Source: Myxococcota bacterium
GTDB lineage: Bacteria; Myxococcota_A; UBA796; CAJQPC01
Assembly (NCBI GenBank): GCA_036229005.1
Contig: JAZAMN010000063.1
Span: forward strand, 1 to 47,427
DNA length: 47,427 nt
Direction of reading: 5' to 3'
Positions within the stretch are counted from its first letter, which is position 1, and the number at the start of each line of letters is the position of its first letter. This document shows, piece after piece, positions 36,688 to 46,429 of this stretch. A program made the position numbers and the translations under genes. Below the pieces are notes generated by a model that was not told the origin of the DNA, made no database searches, and saw only the letters and a list, made by a program, of their open reading frames with translations.

Positions 36688-39188
36688 TTGCCTTCCAGGG
36701 TGGCCAGGCGGGCTTCGAGCTTGCGGAGGCGCTCTTCCAGCGATTCGATGGTCTTGCGGTCGGAGCCGGGGTCGGACTTGCGCAGCGCGGCGGCCAGCTT
36801 GCGCACCCGGGGCTTGTCCTGGACGGCGACGCGCTCGACGATGCCGTCGATCTCACTGGCGCCGGCGGGCTCCCCCAGCGCCTTGATGGCCTGGGCGGCG
36901 GCCATGCGGGTGCCGTAGTCGGGGTGGCGGGCCAGCACGGCGAGCTGGGCCAGGGTCCGCTCCCGCTGGGCGCGGTCCTGAACGCGGGCGCAAACGCCCA
37001 GGGCGGTGGTCGCGGCGATGCGCACGGGGCGGCGGATGCTGGGGTCCAGGGTGACCTCGTGGAGGCGCTCCAGTGCAGAGATGTGGCCGCTCTCCCCGAG
37101 CCCGAGCATTGCACCCCGCTGCACCCAGCCCCACCAGCCGCTGTCCTTGGACTTCTCGATGAGCAGGTCGATGGGGGCATCGGCGCGCTGCTTGCCCAGG
37201 GCGGTCAGGGCGTGTCCGCTGGCGCGGTAGGGGCGGCCGGGGACGGCGAGCCAGTCCTGGAGGGCGGCGGAGAGCTCGGGGGCGCGGTGGTTCTCGCAGG
37301 CTGCGCAGAGCGTGGTCATGACCTTGGGGTCGGTCTCCAGCTCCAGGATCTGGGCCAGGGCGGCGGGGGCGGCGTGGCTCTTGGCGCTGCCCAGGTAGCG
37401 GGCCCAGGCGCGGCGCACGCGGAAGGCGGGCTCCTTGGTCCAGGCGGCCACGATGGCGTGGATTCCGGTGGGGTCCCCGCTGTCGCAGAGGGCCTGGGCG
37501 GCGTGGATGCGGCCGCGCACGCTCTCTCCGCTCAGGGCGCGGATCAGGCGGTCCCGGCCGGGGTCGAAGTCCAGCTTGTGGAGGAGCTGGGTGTCGGGGT
37601 CCAGGACGATGGAGACCACGGGGCCGGTGAGGGGCACGGTCAGGCTGGTGACGGCGTGCTCGCACTGGAGGGTGTGGCGGGTCCACTGGCCGGCGCTGTG
37701 CTCGACGGCGACCACCAGGGGGAAGGTGAAGGCGCCGATGCCCTTGTCCTTGTCGATCTGGGTCTGGGTGACGCGCAGGGTGCCCTGGCCGTCGTCTTGG
37801 GACCACTCGGCCTTGAGCTGGGGGTAGCCGGGGCGGTGGAACCACTGGTCGAAGAAGGCGTTGAGGTTGCGCCCGCTGGCGGCCTCGAGCTCCTTGCGGA
37901 AGTCGGCGGTGTCGGCGACCTGCTCGTCGAAGCGGGCCAGGTAGCTGCGCACGCCGTCCCAGAAGACCTCATCCCCGAGCTGCTGCCGCAGCATGTGCAG
38001 GCGCCAGGCGCCGCCGGGGTAGAGGTGGTGGTCGAACATGTCCCAGCCGGACTCGAAGTGGCGGGTCACGATGGGGCGGGCGTAGCGGCTGGCGACTTCT
38101 CCCTGGTAGGCGATCGCGTCCTCGTGCATGTGGCCGTGGAAGGCCTCGCTGCCGATGGTGTCTTCGACGAACACGCCCTCCATGTAGGTGGCCCAGCTCT
38201 CCTTGAGCCAGACGTGGGCGAACTCGCGGCAGACCACCCGGTCGCCGAACCAGGTGTGGGCCATCTCGTGCAGGTTCACGGAGTCGACCAGCCAGCCCAT
38301 CTCGGCGTGGTAGGTCTCGTCCATCACCCAGGCGTCGTCCCAGCTCACCAGGGAGACGTTCTCCATGGCGCCGCCGATGCCGGCCACGGCGAACTGGAAG
38401 TACTTGGGCCAGGGGAGGGGGCGGTCCAGCTTGGTGGTGAGGTACTGCAGCATCTCGGCGCTGCGGCCGAAGCTGCGGAGGAGGTTCTCGGCGCTGTGGG
38501 GACGGGGCGCGTAGTAGGCGATGGGCGCGCCCTCGAAGGCGCCGTCCTCGGCGCAGACCAGATCCCCGACCACAACGCAGAGCAGGTAGATGGGGGTGCG
38601 CTCATCCAGGCGCCAGGTGGTGACGGCGAGGCCATCCTGACCAGGCTTGGTCCCCACCAGCGCGCCGGCGCTCACGGCGGTGTGGGCGGGGTCGTGGTGC
38701 AGGCGGATCTCGGCGGTGGTGCGGACCAGGGGGTGGTCCACCGCGGGGATCCAGTAGCGGGCCCGGGAGGTCTCGTGGTCGGAGGCGACAAAGGTGCCCT
38801 CGTCTGCGGACCCGAAGCGCAGTCCGGCGATGGGGTCCACCACCTCCCAGCGGAGGTGGGCCGTGATGCGCTGACCGCTCTTGAGCCCCTCGGCCCACTC
38901 CAGGTGCAGCTTCTGACCGTCATAGCGCCAGCTCAGGCCGGGCTGGTCGTCCACCCGCAGGCTCTGGAAGTGAACGGCGTCCAGGCTGAGCTTGCGGGCG
39001 CCGCTGCGGCGGGCGTGGAGGGTGAGGGTCTGTTCGCCGTGGACGCTCTTGTTGGGGAGATCCAGGCGCAGGTCCAGCTCCAGGTGAACCGGCTCGAGCT
39101 CCGGAACGGGGGCGTACTTGGGGCTGGTCTCAGGGCCCGCGAAGCCGGGGGTGGGCTGGGTCAGGCGGGCGCTGCGCTTGATGCTCAT
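36684..39188 (-). CDS. pepN: M1 aminopeptidase N with C-terminal HEAT repeats and coiled tail
   Basis: GGAMEN, HEMAH-x18-E and Y..G motifs. Confidence 0.93.
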   Translation of the reverse strand: MSIKRSARLTQPTPGFAGPETSPKYAPVPELEPVHLELDLRLDLPNKSVHGEQTLTLHARRSGARKLSLDAVHFQSLRVDDQPGLSWRYDGQKLHLEWAEGLKSGQRITAHLRWEVVDPIAGLRFGSADEGTFVASDHETSRARYWIPAVDHPLVRTTAEIRLHHDPAHTAVSAGALVGTKPGQDGLAVTTWRLDERTPIYLLCVVVGDLVCAEDGAFEGAPIAYYAPRPHSAENLLRSFGRSAEMLQYLTTKLDRPLPWPKYFQFAVAGIGGAMENVSLVSWDDAWVMDETYHAEMGWLVDSVNLHEMAHTWFGDRVVCREFAHVWLKESWATYMEGVFVEDTIGSEAFHGHMHEDAIAYQGEVASRYARPIVTRHFESGWDMFDHHLYPGGAWRLHMLRQQLGDEVFWDGVRSYLARFDEQVADTADFRKELEAASGRNLNAFFDQWFHRPGYPQLKAEWSQDDGQGTLRVTQTQIDKDKGIGAFTFPLVVAVEHSAGQWTRHTLQCEHAVTSLTVPLTGPVVSIVLDPDTQLLHKLDFDPGRDRLIRALSGESVRGRIHAAQALCDSGDPTGIHAIVAAWTKEPAFRVRRAWARYLGSAKSHAAPAALAQILELETDPKVMTTLCAACENHRAPELSAALQDWLAVPGRPYRASGHALTALGKQRADAPIDLLIEKSKDSGWWGWVQRGAMLGLGESGHISALERLHEVTLDPSIRRPVRIAATTALGVCARVQDRAQRERTLAQLAVLARHPDYGTRMAAAQAIKALGEPAGASEIDGIVERVAVQDKPRVRKLAAALRKSDPGSDRKTIESLEERLRKLEARLATLEGK

Positions 39189-39329
39189 GGGGACTCCTGT
39201 CCATGAGGGCTATCCACGATATGGGGCCGCCGCCACGGGCCGAGGGGGGCCGTGAGGTCAGCGCAGGGTAAGAGTCCTCGCGGTCTGTCAAGGCGTTATC
39301 AAGAGCGCCCCACCACATGGAGGAGACCC

Positions 39330-40262
39330 ATGTCCATCCTGATGATGCTCGCGCTGGCCACCACGGCCTTTGCCGCTCCGGAGCTGAGTGAAGCGCAGCT
39401 CGCAACCATCCCCGCCGAGGCCGCCGCCGAGCTGGACCCCCTGGAGGCGAAGCTGGCCGATCTGGACGTGCAGATCGAGGAGGCCACCCGCGTGCTGGCC
39501 GAGCTCGAGGGCGGCAAGGTCGAGGAGAAGCAGGAGCTGGCCCAGGACCGGGACGCCGTCTCCGACGAGAAGGCCGAGATGCGCGCGGTCCGCACGGAGA
39601 CCAGCGGGGATGTCGACGAGGCCAAGGCCGAGGTCAAGGGTGCCCGCGCGGATCAGCGGGACGCCAAGGGCGTGATGAAGGACGCGGAGGCCGAGCTCAA
39701 GCGGGCCAGCTCCGAGGTCAAGCGCCTCAAGAACCTGCGCAAGGCCGAGCGCCAGGCCGCCAAGGCCAACGTGAAGGCCGCCAAGGCGGACCTGGACGCC
39801 ACCAAGGAGTCCATCGCCGCGGTGCGCGATGAGGGCGACGCCCGGATCGCCGAGGTCGAGGCCGAGCTGGAGCGCGCGGAGGCCGACCAGGACCGCGCCA
39901 AGGCCGAGGTGAAGAAGGCCAAGGGCGACTACAAGAAGGCCAAGGCCGAGAAGAAGCGGGCCAAGCAGGACGTGGACGACGCCAAGGATGTCGCCGACGC
40001 CAAGGTGGACGCCGCCAAGGACCAGGTCGAGCTGCAGAAGGCCGAGAAGGAGCTCTCGCAGGAGCACCTCAAGGCCCAGAGCGAGGCGGTCGCCAAGCAG
40101 AAGGCCAAGGTCAAGAAGCTCAAGGCCGAGCGGGCGCTGGTTCAGGCGCAGCTTGAGCTGGCCCAGGCCAAGGCCATCAAGCAGGCCGGCGGCGAGATCG
40201 AGGTGGAGCCCTACAAGGCCGCCGTCGAGGCCGCCAAGGGCAAGGCCGAGCGCGCAGAGTAG
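39330..40262 (+). CDS. Exported long coiled-coil protein
   Basis: GGAGGAG RBS, signal ending AFA-A and A/K/E-rich heptads. Confidence 0.85.
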   Translation: MSILMMLALATTAFAAPELSEAQLATIPAEAAAELDPLEAKLADLDVQIEEATRVLAELEGGKVEEKQELAQDRDAVSDEKAEMRAVRTETSGDVDEAKAEVKGARADQRDAKGVMKDAEAELKRASSEVKRLKNLRKAERQAAKANVKAAKADLDATKESIAAVRDEGDARIAEVEAELERAEADQDRAKAEVKKAKGDYKKAKAEKKRAKQDVDDAKDVADAKVDAAKDQVELQKAEKELSQEHLKAQSEAVAKQKAKVKKLKAERALVQAQLELAQAKAIKQAGGEIEVEPYKAAVEAAKGKAERAE

Positions 40263-40388
40263 GCGGCTGAGCTTCGGCTCTAGGCGGGGTCCTCGGGGTC
40301 GGGGGCCCCGTCGCTGCTCTGGGGACAGAGCGGGCTTGCGTTCTCTCCCAGGCGGGGGCAGAGTCCTGTCCTGAACGGAGGGGGCGAG

Positions 40389-41918
40389 ATGCTCTTGTTG
40401 TTGCTGGCGTGTGGCGCATCCGAGGACAGCGCTGCGGAGGACACGGCGCTGCAGTCCTGGATCCTGGATCCCGTGGCTGCGCCCTACCAGTTCACCCAGG
40501 AGGAGGTCCCCAAGGCGCCCTTCTACGATGGCCAGCAGGCGGCCATGTCCGTCTTCGCGCAGGGGGACCTTGACGCAGATGGCGTCAACGACCTGGTGGT
40601 CATGAGCTACAACCCGGTGCTGCTCTGGTACCTCCCCGGGGTGGCCGGTGGGGGGCTCGGGGAGCCAGATCTGCTGCTTGAGCTGGAGTATCCCCACGAA
40701 GGGGTGCTCGCGGACCTGACGGGGGACGGGGTGGCTGACTTCGCCCTCGTGGGGCAGAGCTCGACGCTGTTGGTCGGCGGAGGCTCCCTGGCCTTTCCGG
40801 ACGGCGGCGTGGCCTTTGAGCAGGGCTGCGACAGCGCTGTGGCTGTGGTCACGGATGGGACGGGGGTGCCCCTGCTGGTGAGCGGCTGCGGGGTCTCGGC
40901 GGACACCGCCTTGTTGGTCCACAGCTTTGATGCTGACGGCAACGCGAGCTGCGAGAGGGTCGAGTTTCCGGACCTCTATGGCGTCAGTGATGTCGAGAAC
41001 ATCGGAGATGTCAACGGCGACGGCTATGCCGATCTGGCCCTGGGGGTCGAGGTCGCCGAGAGCCCCTTCCTGAACCGCGTGGTGGTCTCCCTGGGCGGCG
41101 CCCAAGGCTTCTCCTGGAGCGTGGACCACACGCTGGAGCCGGCGGAGCCGGACGACGACTTCTTCGGGCTGAGCATCGCGGGGCTCGGCGACGTGGACGG
41201 GGATGGGATGGCGGACTTCGCCGTCGGCGGGAAGGAGACGGTCGCCATCTACAAGGGCTCAGCGGAGGGCCCCCAGTTGTGGCAGCGGCTCCAGAACCCT
41301 GAGCCCGACGAGACCACCTTCGGCCATGTGGTTGCACCGGCCGGGGACCTGAACGGTGACGGGGTCCCGGATCTGGTGGTGGACTCGAACGGGTATCTGG
41401 CCTACGCAGGCGGCCAGGAGGGCTTCGGAGAGGCGCCCATGGCCGACTCCCGAGATAGCTGGGTCTCGGAGGGGGGGCTCAGAGGGGGCGGCCCGCCGAC
41501 CCCCGGCGGGGACATCAACGGTGACGGCGTCGATGACATGGTGCTCGCGCTCTCCAGCACCCAGCGCTCCAACGGCCCCATCCTCTGGTATGGAAGCTGC
41601 CGGCAGCGCCACTACGCGGACCTGGACGGCGATGGCTTCGGCGACCCCGAGACCTTCCAGGACACCTGTGCGCCCGACTTTGTCAGCGCGCTGACGGATG
41701 GGGACTGCGACGACACCCACCCCGGGGTCAACCCGCTGGCCCCCGAGACCCCCGGGAACGCTCTGGACGAAGACTGCGACGGCGTGGTGGAGCCGGGCGA
41801 TACCGGGGTCGAGGAGGAGGAGGAGGCGGGGAGCTGCAGCACCACGCCGGGCACACCGCTCAGCCTCTGGGTGCCCGCGCTGCTGCTCGGGCTGGCGCTG
41901 CGCCGACGAGGTCATTGA
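40389..41918 (+). CDS. FG-GAP (integrin-alpha-like) repeat protein with MopE-like repeat and MYXO-CTERM-like tail
   Basis: MLLLLLAC lipobox, GD.NGDG..D repeats, DGDCDD..P.VNP and GSCST...LLLGLALRRR. Confidence 0.85.
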   Translation: MLLLLLACGASEDSAAEDTALQSWILDPVAAPYQFTQEEVPKAPFYDGQQAAMSVFAQGDLDADGVNDLVVMSYNPVLLWYLPGVAGGGLGEPDLLLELEYPHEGVLADLTGDGVADFALVGQSSTLLVGGGSLAFPDGGVAFEQGCDSAVAVVTDGTGVPLLVSGCGVSADTALLVHSFDADGNASCERVEFPDLYGVSDVENIGDVNGDGYADLALGVEVAESPFLNRVVVSLGGAQGFSWSVDHTLEPAEPDDDFFGLSIAGLGDVDGDGMADFAVGGKETVAIYKGSAEGPQLWQRLQNPEPDETTFGHVVAPAGDLNGDGVPDLVVDSNGYLAYAGGQEGFGEAPMADSRDSWVSEGGLRGGGPPTPGGDINGDGVDDMVLALSSTQRSNGPILWYGSCRQRHYADLDGDGFGDPETFQDTCAPDFVSALTDGDCDDTHPGVNPLAPETPGNALDEDCDGVVEPGDTGVEEEEEAGSCSTTPGTPLSLWVPALLLGLALRRRGH

Positions 41919-41948
41919 GGCCGCGACCCCCTGTGGTAGACCTCCGGC

Positions 41949-43694
41949 ATGACCGACACCCCCAAGCGCTCCCCGATGGCCCTCTTCCTCGATCTCATCG
42001 AGAAGGTGGGCAACAAGCTGCCGGATCCCATCACCCTGTTCGCGGGCGGGGCCCTGTTCGTGCTGGTGCTCTCCCACGTGGGCGAGAGGGCCGGCTGGGA
42101 GGTCGACAAGCCCGTCGGCCAGCCCAAGATGGAGCAGGTCCTGGACTCCGGGACGGGCGAGCCGGTGCAGGCCATCCAGACCGAGATCGCCGGCCGCAAG
42201 GTGGTGCTGGTCACCGACGAAAACGGCATCCCCGTCGCCAAGCCGGTGACCCAGCCGGTGCTCTCCGACCAGGGGCAGCTCCAGCTCGTGAAGGGCTCCG
42301 AGCCGGTGCGGGCGCGCTCGCTGCTGACCCGCGAGGGCTTCAAGTGGGTCCTGGACAACCTGGTCGACAACTTCACCCACTTCCACCCCCTGGGCGTGGT
42401 GCTGGTCGCCATGCTGGGAATCGGCGTGGCGGAGAAGACCAAGCTGATCGACGCGCTGCTCAAGGCCATGGCGCTGATCACGCCCTCCAAGCTGCTCAAC
42501 CCCGCGATGGTGTTCATCGGCGTGATGTCCTCGATGGCGGCCGACGCCGGCTACGTGGTGCTCCCGCCCATCGCGGCGCTGCTCTACAAGTCCGTCGGGC
42601 GCTCACCGCTCGTGGGCATCGCGGCCGTGTTTGCTGGCGTTGCAGCAGGGTTCTCCGCCAACCTGGTGGTCACCTCCCTGGACCCGCTGCTCTCGGGGCT
42701 GACCCAGGTGGGCGCCAACATCGTGGACCCCACCTATGAGGTCCTGCCGACGGCGAACTACGCGTTCATGGTGGTCTCCACCTTTCTGCTCACCTTCGTG
42801 GGCTGGTTTGTGACCTCGCGCTTTGTTGAGCCCCGCTTCGCCGGCAAGCCGGCCAGCGAGGGTGGCCCCAGCGAGGTCACCGAGGAGGAGAGGGCCGCCG
42901 CGGTCCTCACCGACACCGACAAGTCCGGCATGGTCCACGCCGGCATCTGGGGCGGGGTCACTTTCCTCGCCGCCGCCGCGCTGATCTTCATCCCCGGCGC
43001 GCCCCTCTATGCCTACGAAGGTGAGGGCCCCCGGTGGGGACACGCCATCGTCCCCATCCTCTTCTTCGTCTTCCTGGCCTGCGGGCTGGGTTTTGGCCTC
43101 AAGACGGGCACCCTGCTGTCCCAGACCGGCGCCAAGCGCAAGGACACCGCCCTGGCCAAGATGATGGGCGCGACCATGGCCGACATGGCGCCCTACATCG
43201 TGCTCGCCTTCTTCGCCGCGCAGTTCGTGGAGTTCTTCAACCACTCCAACCTGGGCGTGATGTTGGCCGTGGTCGGCGGCAACTTCCTCTCCCAGATCGC
43301 TCTGCCGCCCCAGGCCCTGATGGCCCTGTTCATCGTCGTCGCGATGGTCGGCAACCTCTTCATCGGCTCGGCCAGCGCCAAGTACGCGTTCTTCGCGCCC
43401 GTGTTCGTGCCCATGTTCATGGCCGTCGGCATCAGCCCAGAGCTCACTCAGGCCGCCTACCGCGTGGGCGATAGCTGCACGAACATCATCACGCCGCTCA
43501 ACCCCTACTTTGTGGTCATCCTGGTGTTCGTCCAGAAGTACGCGCCCAAGGCCGGCATCGGCACCCTGGTGTCCATGATGATGCCCTACACCGTCGTGTT
43601 CTGGCTGGTCTGGACGGTGGTGCTGCTGGCCTGGATGACCCTGGGCTTCCCCCTGGGACCGGGCGGGCCCATCCACTACGAGGCGGCGTTCTGA
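41949..43694 (+). CDS. abgT: AbgT-family transporter
   Basis: IEKVGNKLPDPITLF, ADAGYVVLPP, GFSAN and QAAYRVGDS..NIITPL motifs. Confidence 0.95.
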   Translation: MTDTPKRSPMALFLDLIEKVGNKLPDPITLFAGGALFVLVLSHVGERAGWEVDKPVGQPKMEQVLDSGTGEPVQAIQTEIAGRKVVLVTDENGIPVAKPVTQPVLSDQGQLQLVKGSEPVRARSLLTREGFKWVLDNLVDNFTHFHPLGVVLVAMLGIGVAEKTKLIDALLKAMALITPSKLLNPAMVFIGVMSSMAADAGYVVLPPIAALLYKSVGRSPLVGIAAVFAGVAAGFSANLVVTSLDPLLSGLTQVGANIVDPTYEVLPTANYAFMVVSTFLLTFVGWFVTSRFVEPRFAGKPASEGGPSEVTEEERAAAVLTDTDKSGMVHAGIWGGVTFLAAAALIFIPGAPLYAYEGEGPRWGHAIVPILFFVFLACGLGFGLKTGTLLSQTGAKRKDTALAKMMGATMADMAPYIVLAFFAAQFVEFFNHSNLGVMLAVVGGNFLSQIALPPQALMALFIVVAMVGNLFIGSASAKYAFFAPVFVPMFMAVGISPELTQAAYRVGDSCTNIITPLNPYFVVILVFVQKYAPKAGIGTLVSMMMPYTVVFWLVWTVVLLAWMTLGFPLGPGGPIHYEAAF

Positions 43695-43744
43695 GGCCCC
43701 TCGGCCGCAGCCCCCAGGGCATCATCACGCCCCAGGGCGGCGCC

Positions 43745-44449
43745 ATGCCCTTCCAGGTCTCCCGCTGGGAGGTCTCCCAGGAACTCTCGGCGTTCGTCGC
43801 CCACATCTGGCAGGTGCGTTGGTCCCTGTCGGCGGGCGTCGAGCACACCCAGCCCACCCTGCCGGATCCGGTGGTCCACGTGGCCTTCGAGGGCGGCCAG
43901 GCCCACATCCACGGCCCCCTGAGCCACCGCTTCCAGCGCGGCCTGGAGGGCAGCGGTCAGGTCCTGGGCGTGCGCTTCCGGGCCGCCGCCTTCCGGGCCG
44001 TCTGGGAGCAGCCCCTCTGGACGCTGCGCGACCGCATCCTGCCGCTGGAGACCCCTGAGGTCCGGGAGCCCGAGGAGGCTGTGCGGTGGCTGGAGGCCTT
44101 TGTCCCCACCGCTCTGGACCCTGCGCTGGCGCGCCTCCGCGACCACGTCGAGACCCTCCTGCCCGCAGACGAGGTCACCCGGGTGCCGACCGCGGCGCAG
44201 GCTCTGGGCGTCTCGGAGCGCACCCTGCAGCGCCGCTACAAGGACGCCGTGGGGTGGACCCCCCTGGAGGTGCTCCGCCGCCGCCGGGTCAAGGCCCTGC
44301 TCGCCGCCCTGGACGCCGGTGAGCGCGAGCTCGCCGAGCTGGCCTACCGCCTGGGCTACGCCGACCAGGCCCACCTGAGCCGCGACTTCAAGGGGCTGAT
44401 CGGGCGCACGCCCACCCAGTACATCCAGGACGCCCAAGCCCGGTGTTGA
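43745..44449 (+). CDS. AraC-family regulator (DUF6597-type N-terminus)
   Basis: W.V.W...LPDP, SERTLQR and GYADQAHL.RDF motifs. Confidence 0.9.
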   Translation: MPFQVSRWEVSQELSAFVAHIWQVRWSLSAGVEHTQPTLPDPVVHVAFEGGQAHIHGPLSHRFQRGLEGSGQVLGVRFRAAAFRAVWEQPLWTLRDRILPLETPEVREPEEAVRWLEAFVPTALDPALARLRDHVETLLPADEVTRVPTAAQALGVSERTLQRRYKDAVGWTPLEVLRRRRVKALLAALDAGERELAELAYRLGYADQAHLSRDFKGLIGRTPTQYIQDAQARC

Positions 44450-44452
44450 ACC

Positions 44453-45937
44453 TCAGTTATGCGTGAGTCGGGGCGCCCCCAGGGTCCAGGTCTGCGTGCA
44501 CACCGCCTGGCCCAGCGCCTGGTCGTGGGTGACCAGCAGCAGGGCGCCCTCAAAGCCCCGCAGCGCCGCCTGCAGGGCCTGGCGCGCGGGGAGATCCAGG
44601 TGGTGGGTGGGCTCGTCGAGGACCCAGATCCAGGGCTGCCGGCCCAGCGCCAGGGCCAGGGCCAGCTTGCGGGCCTCGCCGGCCGAGGGCGCCTGGGTCT
44701 GGAGCACCTGCGTGGGCGGTACGCCTAGGGCCGCGAGGAGCTGGAGCACTGCGCCCTTGTCCTGCGACGGCAGAGCGTCCAAGCGCGCCAGCAGGCCCTG
44801 GATCTCCGCCTCGCTGAGCTCCTGGGGCAGCAGGGCGACCCGCTCCGGAGGCAGGGCCGCCGCCTGGAGCAGCGCCCGCAGCAGAGTGCTCTTTCCGCTG
44901 CCGTTGGGGCCGCGCAGCCACACCTTGTCGCCCCGCTCCAGGCGCAGATCCAGGTCCTCCGCCAGCAGCTTGGGACCCCCCATGAGCCGGGGGATGCGGA
45001 GCTCCAGCAGGGTGCGCCGGCGGGGCGTGTCGCTGGGGAGGGTCAGGGCACCGCCCAGGGCGTCAGGGCGCTCCAGATCGAGGCTCTGGGCCTCGGCTCT
45101 CGCCAGGGCCGCCCGCTGCTGCCGATAGCGCTTGGCGTGGGCGGCCTCGGCTTTCGCGAGGCGCCCCTTTCGGGCCGAGGAGCGGGCGTCACCGTCCTTG
45201 GCGCTCACCCGCCGCCGGCTCTTGGCCCGGGAGGCGGCCTCCAGTTGCTGTCGGGCCTGTTGGGCGCGGCGCTGGGCCTTCCGGCGCTGGGAATCGGCGG
45301 CCTCGTTCAGGCTGCGGGCGCGCTCGGCGTCGGCCTCCCAGACCTCGGCGGCCTGGGACCAGGGCAGCGGGAGGGCCTCCAGGCGGGCGCGGTGCAGGCG
45401 CACGGTCTGGGTGCTGAGGGCGTCCAGCAGGGCGCGGTCGTGGCTGACCACCACGCCGATCCCGTCAAAGTGCGCCAGGGCCTCCACCAGGCGCTCTCGG
45501 GCCTCCAGATCCAGGTGGTTGTCGGGCTCGTCCAGCAGCAGCACCTGGGGGCGGGCCCAGAGCGCGGCGGCCACCTGGAAGCGCCGGCGTTGACCCGGGG
45601 AGAGGGTGGTCCAGCGCGCCACGCCGTCCTCGGGCAGCTCCAGCAGGCTGAACCAGCGCAGGGCCGCCCGGTCCCAGGCCGCGGCGAAGGCCTGCACGCG
45701 CTCGGAGGGGGCCTCGATGCCCTGCTGCACCCGCAGGATGCGCAGCTCCGGTGGCTCCGGGGTGCGACCGGAGACTGGCAGGCTGCCCTCGAGGATGCGC
45801 AGCAGGGTGGACTTGCCGGCGCCGTTGGGACCGACCAGCCCGGTCCAGCCGGGGCTCAGGTGCAGGTGGGCGCGGTCGAGCAGAGGCCGACCGCCAAAGG
45901 AGAAGGACACGCCATCCAGGCGCAAGGACACAGACAT
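44453..45937 (-). CDS. ABC-F family ATPase
   Basis: Two NBDs (GPNGAGKST, GPNGSGKST; LDEP twice), a basic helical linker and no TM helices. Confidence 0.9.
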   Translation of the reverse strand: MSVSLRLDGVSFSFGGRPLLDRAHLHLSPGWTGLVGPNGAGKSTLLRILEGSLPVSGRTPEPPELRILRVQQGIEAPSERVQAFAAAWDRAALRWFSLLELPEDGVARWTTLSPGQRRRFQVAAALWARPQVLLLDEPDNHLDLEARERLVEALAHFDGIGVVVSHDRALLDALSTQTVRLHRARLEALPLPWSQAAEVWEADAERARSLNEAADSQRRKAQRRAQQARQQLEAASRAKSRRRVSAKDGDARSSARKGRLAKAEAAHAKRYRQQRAALARAEAQSLDLERPDALGGALTLPSDTPRRRTLLELRIPRLMGGPKLLAEDLDLRLERGDKVWLRGPNGSGKSTLLRALLQAAALPPERVALLPQELSEAEIQGLLARLDALPSQDKGAVLQLLAALGVPPTQVLQTQAPSAGEARKLALALALGRQPWIWVLDEPTHHLDLPARQALQAALRGFEGALLLVTHDQALGQAVCTQTWTLGAPRLTHN

Positions 45938-46005
45938 GGGGACACCGAGAGGGGGGAGCGCTTTCGCTGCGGGCTCAGGCTCGGGTGTCCAACGTCGTGT
46001 CCTCC
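45938..46005 (-). promoter_or_regulatory. Putative attenuator leader of the ABC-F gene with a 5-codon uORF (45975-45992)
   Basis: GGAGG, 8 nt, then TTG GAC ACC CGA GCC TGA. GGACACCCGAG (45990-45980) pairs with CTCGGTGTCC (45949-45940), just before the ATG. Confidence 0.55.
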
Positions 46006-46018
46006 AACTGCCAGGAAG

Positions 46019-46429
46019 CTACTCGCCAGTCGCCGGGGTGTCCACCTTGGGCTCGGGGGGCGCCGCCTGGGCGGGGGCCTCCAGGCGCAGGCGCGTGGTG
46101 GTGTCCTCTGTCAGCTTGAACTCCCCCCGGCTGTCCCAGGCCACGGGCTCGTCGGCCTGCCGCTCGTTGTCGCCGTTCTGGTCGATCCAGGCCAGGAGCT
46201 GCACGCGGGGCTCCGGGCTGCAGCAGCTCCCCAGGCTGGCCGTCACCTTGCCGTCGGGGGGCAGCGGGAGCACCTTTCGGTTGCGCTCCTGTCCTTGAAG
46301 TTCGAGGTTCAAGCTCCCACCTTGAGCGACCAGGGTCGGCGCCACGGTGACCTCGTAGGTGATCTCGTAGGCGTAGGAGCAGCCCGTCAGGGCGGCCAGG
46401 GCCAGCAGTGGGACAAGGGGTGTGCGCAT
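46019..46429 (-). CDS. Hypothetical lipoprotein
   Basis: TGATG coupling; MRTPLVPLLALAALTGC lipobox. Confidence 0.75.
   Translation of the reverse strand: MRTPLVPLLALAALTGCSYAYEITYEVTVAPTLVAQGGSLNLELQGQERNRKVLPLPPDGKVTASLGSCCSPEPRVQLLAWIDQNGDNERQADEPVAWDSRGEFKLTEDTTTRLRLEAPAQAAPPEPKVDTPATGE

Noticed and set aside
39330..40262. Phage tape-measure or SMC protein
   Set aside because: It has a signal peptide, no ATPase motifs and no phage context; it is a generic coiled coil.
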